From: Octopus sinensis
Taxonomy: Eukaryota
Direction: 5' to 3'
DNA: 64,000 nucleotides
Assembly (NCBI RefSeq): GCF_006345805.1
Contig: NC_042999.1
Span: 72,912,001 to 72,976,000 of the forward strand
Made by a program: the position numbers and the translations under genes. This document shows, piece after piece, positions 62,934 to 64,000 of the stretch. Position 1 is the stretch's first letter; every line of letters begins with the position of its first letter. The notes under the pieces are model-generated. The model was given only the letters and a program-made list of their open reading frames with translations, had not been told where the DNA came from and made no database searches.

Positions 62934-64000
62934 AGAATCTCCATTAAGTCATTAGTAAACTGGCATAGCTATGGAAAGTATATTCTTAGAAGAGACTGTT
63001 CTTTCACTTTTTTTATTTGAATTAAAATTCCAGTTTTGCACTGTGTGCATGCATACGCGTGCACCCCCCCCCCCTCCGGCGTAAAAGTCAGCCTGTGTGC
63101 GTATGTGTACATACACACATTTACACATGAATATACATTAATTTTATAATTGTCATTTATGGAGTAGTAAGCATTCACTCAACCTGCTAAGTGCTTGTTA
63201 TAGAATAGAAAAATTAACTAAGTGACCTTTCTATGTTATATAAGAATAGATAATAATAATAATAATAATAATAAAGAACTCTCTTCTGCTGTATTGGATG
63301 AGGTAATTGTTCTGAAGATGGAAATTGATTCTCACTATATCATTGCTATTTAATTTTCATTTCTAAATACTACTTTAAAAACCCTTTATGTTTATACTCC
63401 CTAACAGAAATAACTGTTGTGATAGATGTTGTTGATAACAAGCTGATTGCTATCTCCCTATCTACCCTTCCCACTTTGCCTGTCTCTACCTCAACACACA
63501 ATCTCCTTGATAAGATCAAGGTGGTTTGAGATTTCTAGACTATTTATCATTAACCTCCTTTTATAGGGTTTTTTTTTTGTAAATACAGATGAAGAGATTG
63601 ATCTCTTTACCTGTATTTTATTTTTCATGTGCTCTATTTGAATACATAAAGCATATTTCTTAACTGAGTTTGAACACACAACCTTTATATTATCTAAGTC
63701 AGTTTCAATCCACACAATTACCGTGTTAAGGCATTAGGAGAAAAGGCTATTGTGAAACTTGCTGCAACCTAACAGTCACTTATGTGTGTGTTTGTATGTG
63801 TGTTTGTGTGTTATATCTGTAACCAGAACAACTGCATTAATAAAGGTCAGTGAAATATTCTCACAGACTCGACTAACACACTGAGTCTTCATACATTCTT
63901 GATCTTTTTCTCGCCTCCAAATCTTACCCTGGCCATCTCGTCTCCATTAGATCATCTGACTATCATCTAATTAACACAAAACAATTCTTACTACACAATA

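Overview
AT-rich, repeat-dense eukaryotic DNA. The SINE and RTE-LINE families look like those of Octopus (recognised from memory, not database-checked). No host gene can be identified with confidence. The window looks like long intronic or intergenic sequence, with one good plus-strand exon candidate (42433-42606) and a few weaker ones. Main contents: (i) a young, 5'-truncated RTE LINE (46799-50267) with an 882-codon open frame covering partial APE, RT and a PHD-type zinc finger inserted within the RT region, plus many shorter RTE remnants and RTE 3'-tail copies; (ii) two Penelope-like loci with inverted 3' copies (140-1760 and 42704-45767), carrying hammerhead-ribozyme motifs; (iii) an internally deleted piggyBac element and related TTAA MITEs; (iv) hAT and mariner MITEs and a Helitron remnant; (v) three tRNA-type SINE families; (vi) a ~1.9 kb near-perfect inverted duplication of non-TE-looking DNA (34751-36676). 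The most notable items are the hammerhead with an extended stem II, the PHD finger inside the RT, the modular hairpin-array RTE 3' UTRs, and the large fold-back duplication.
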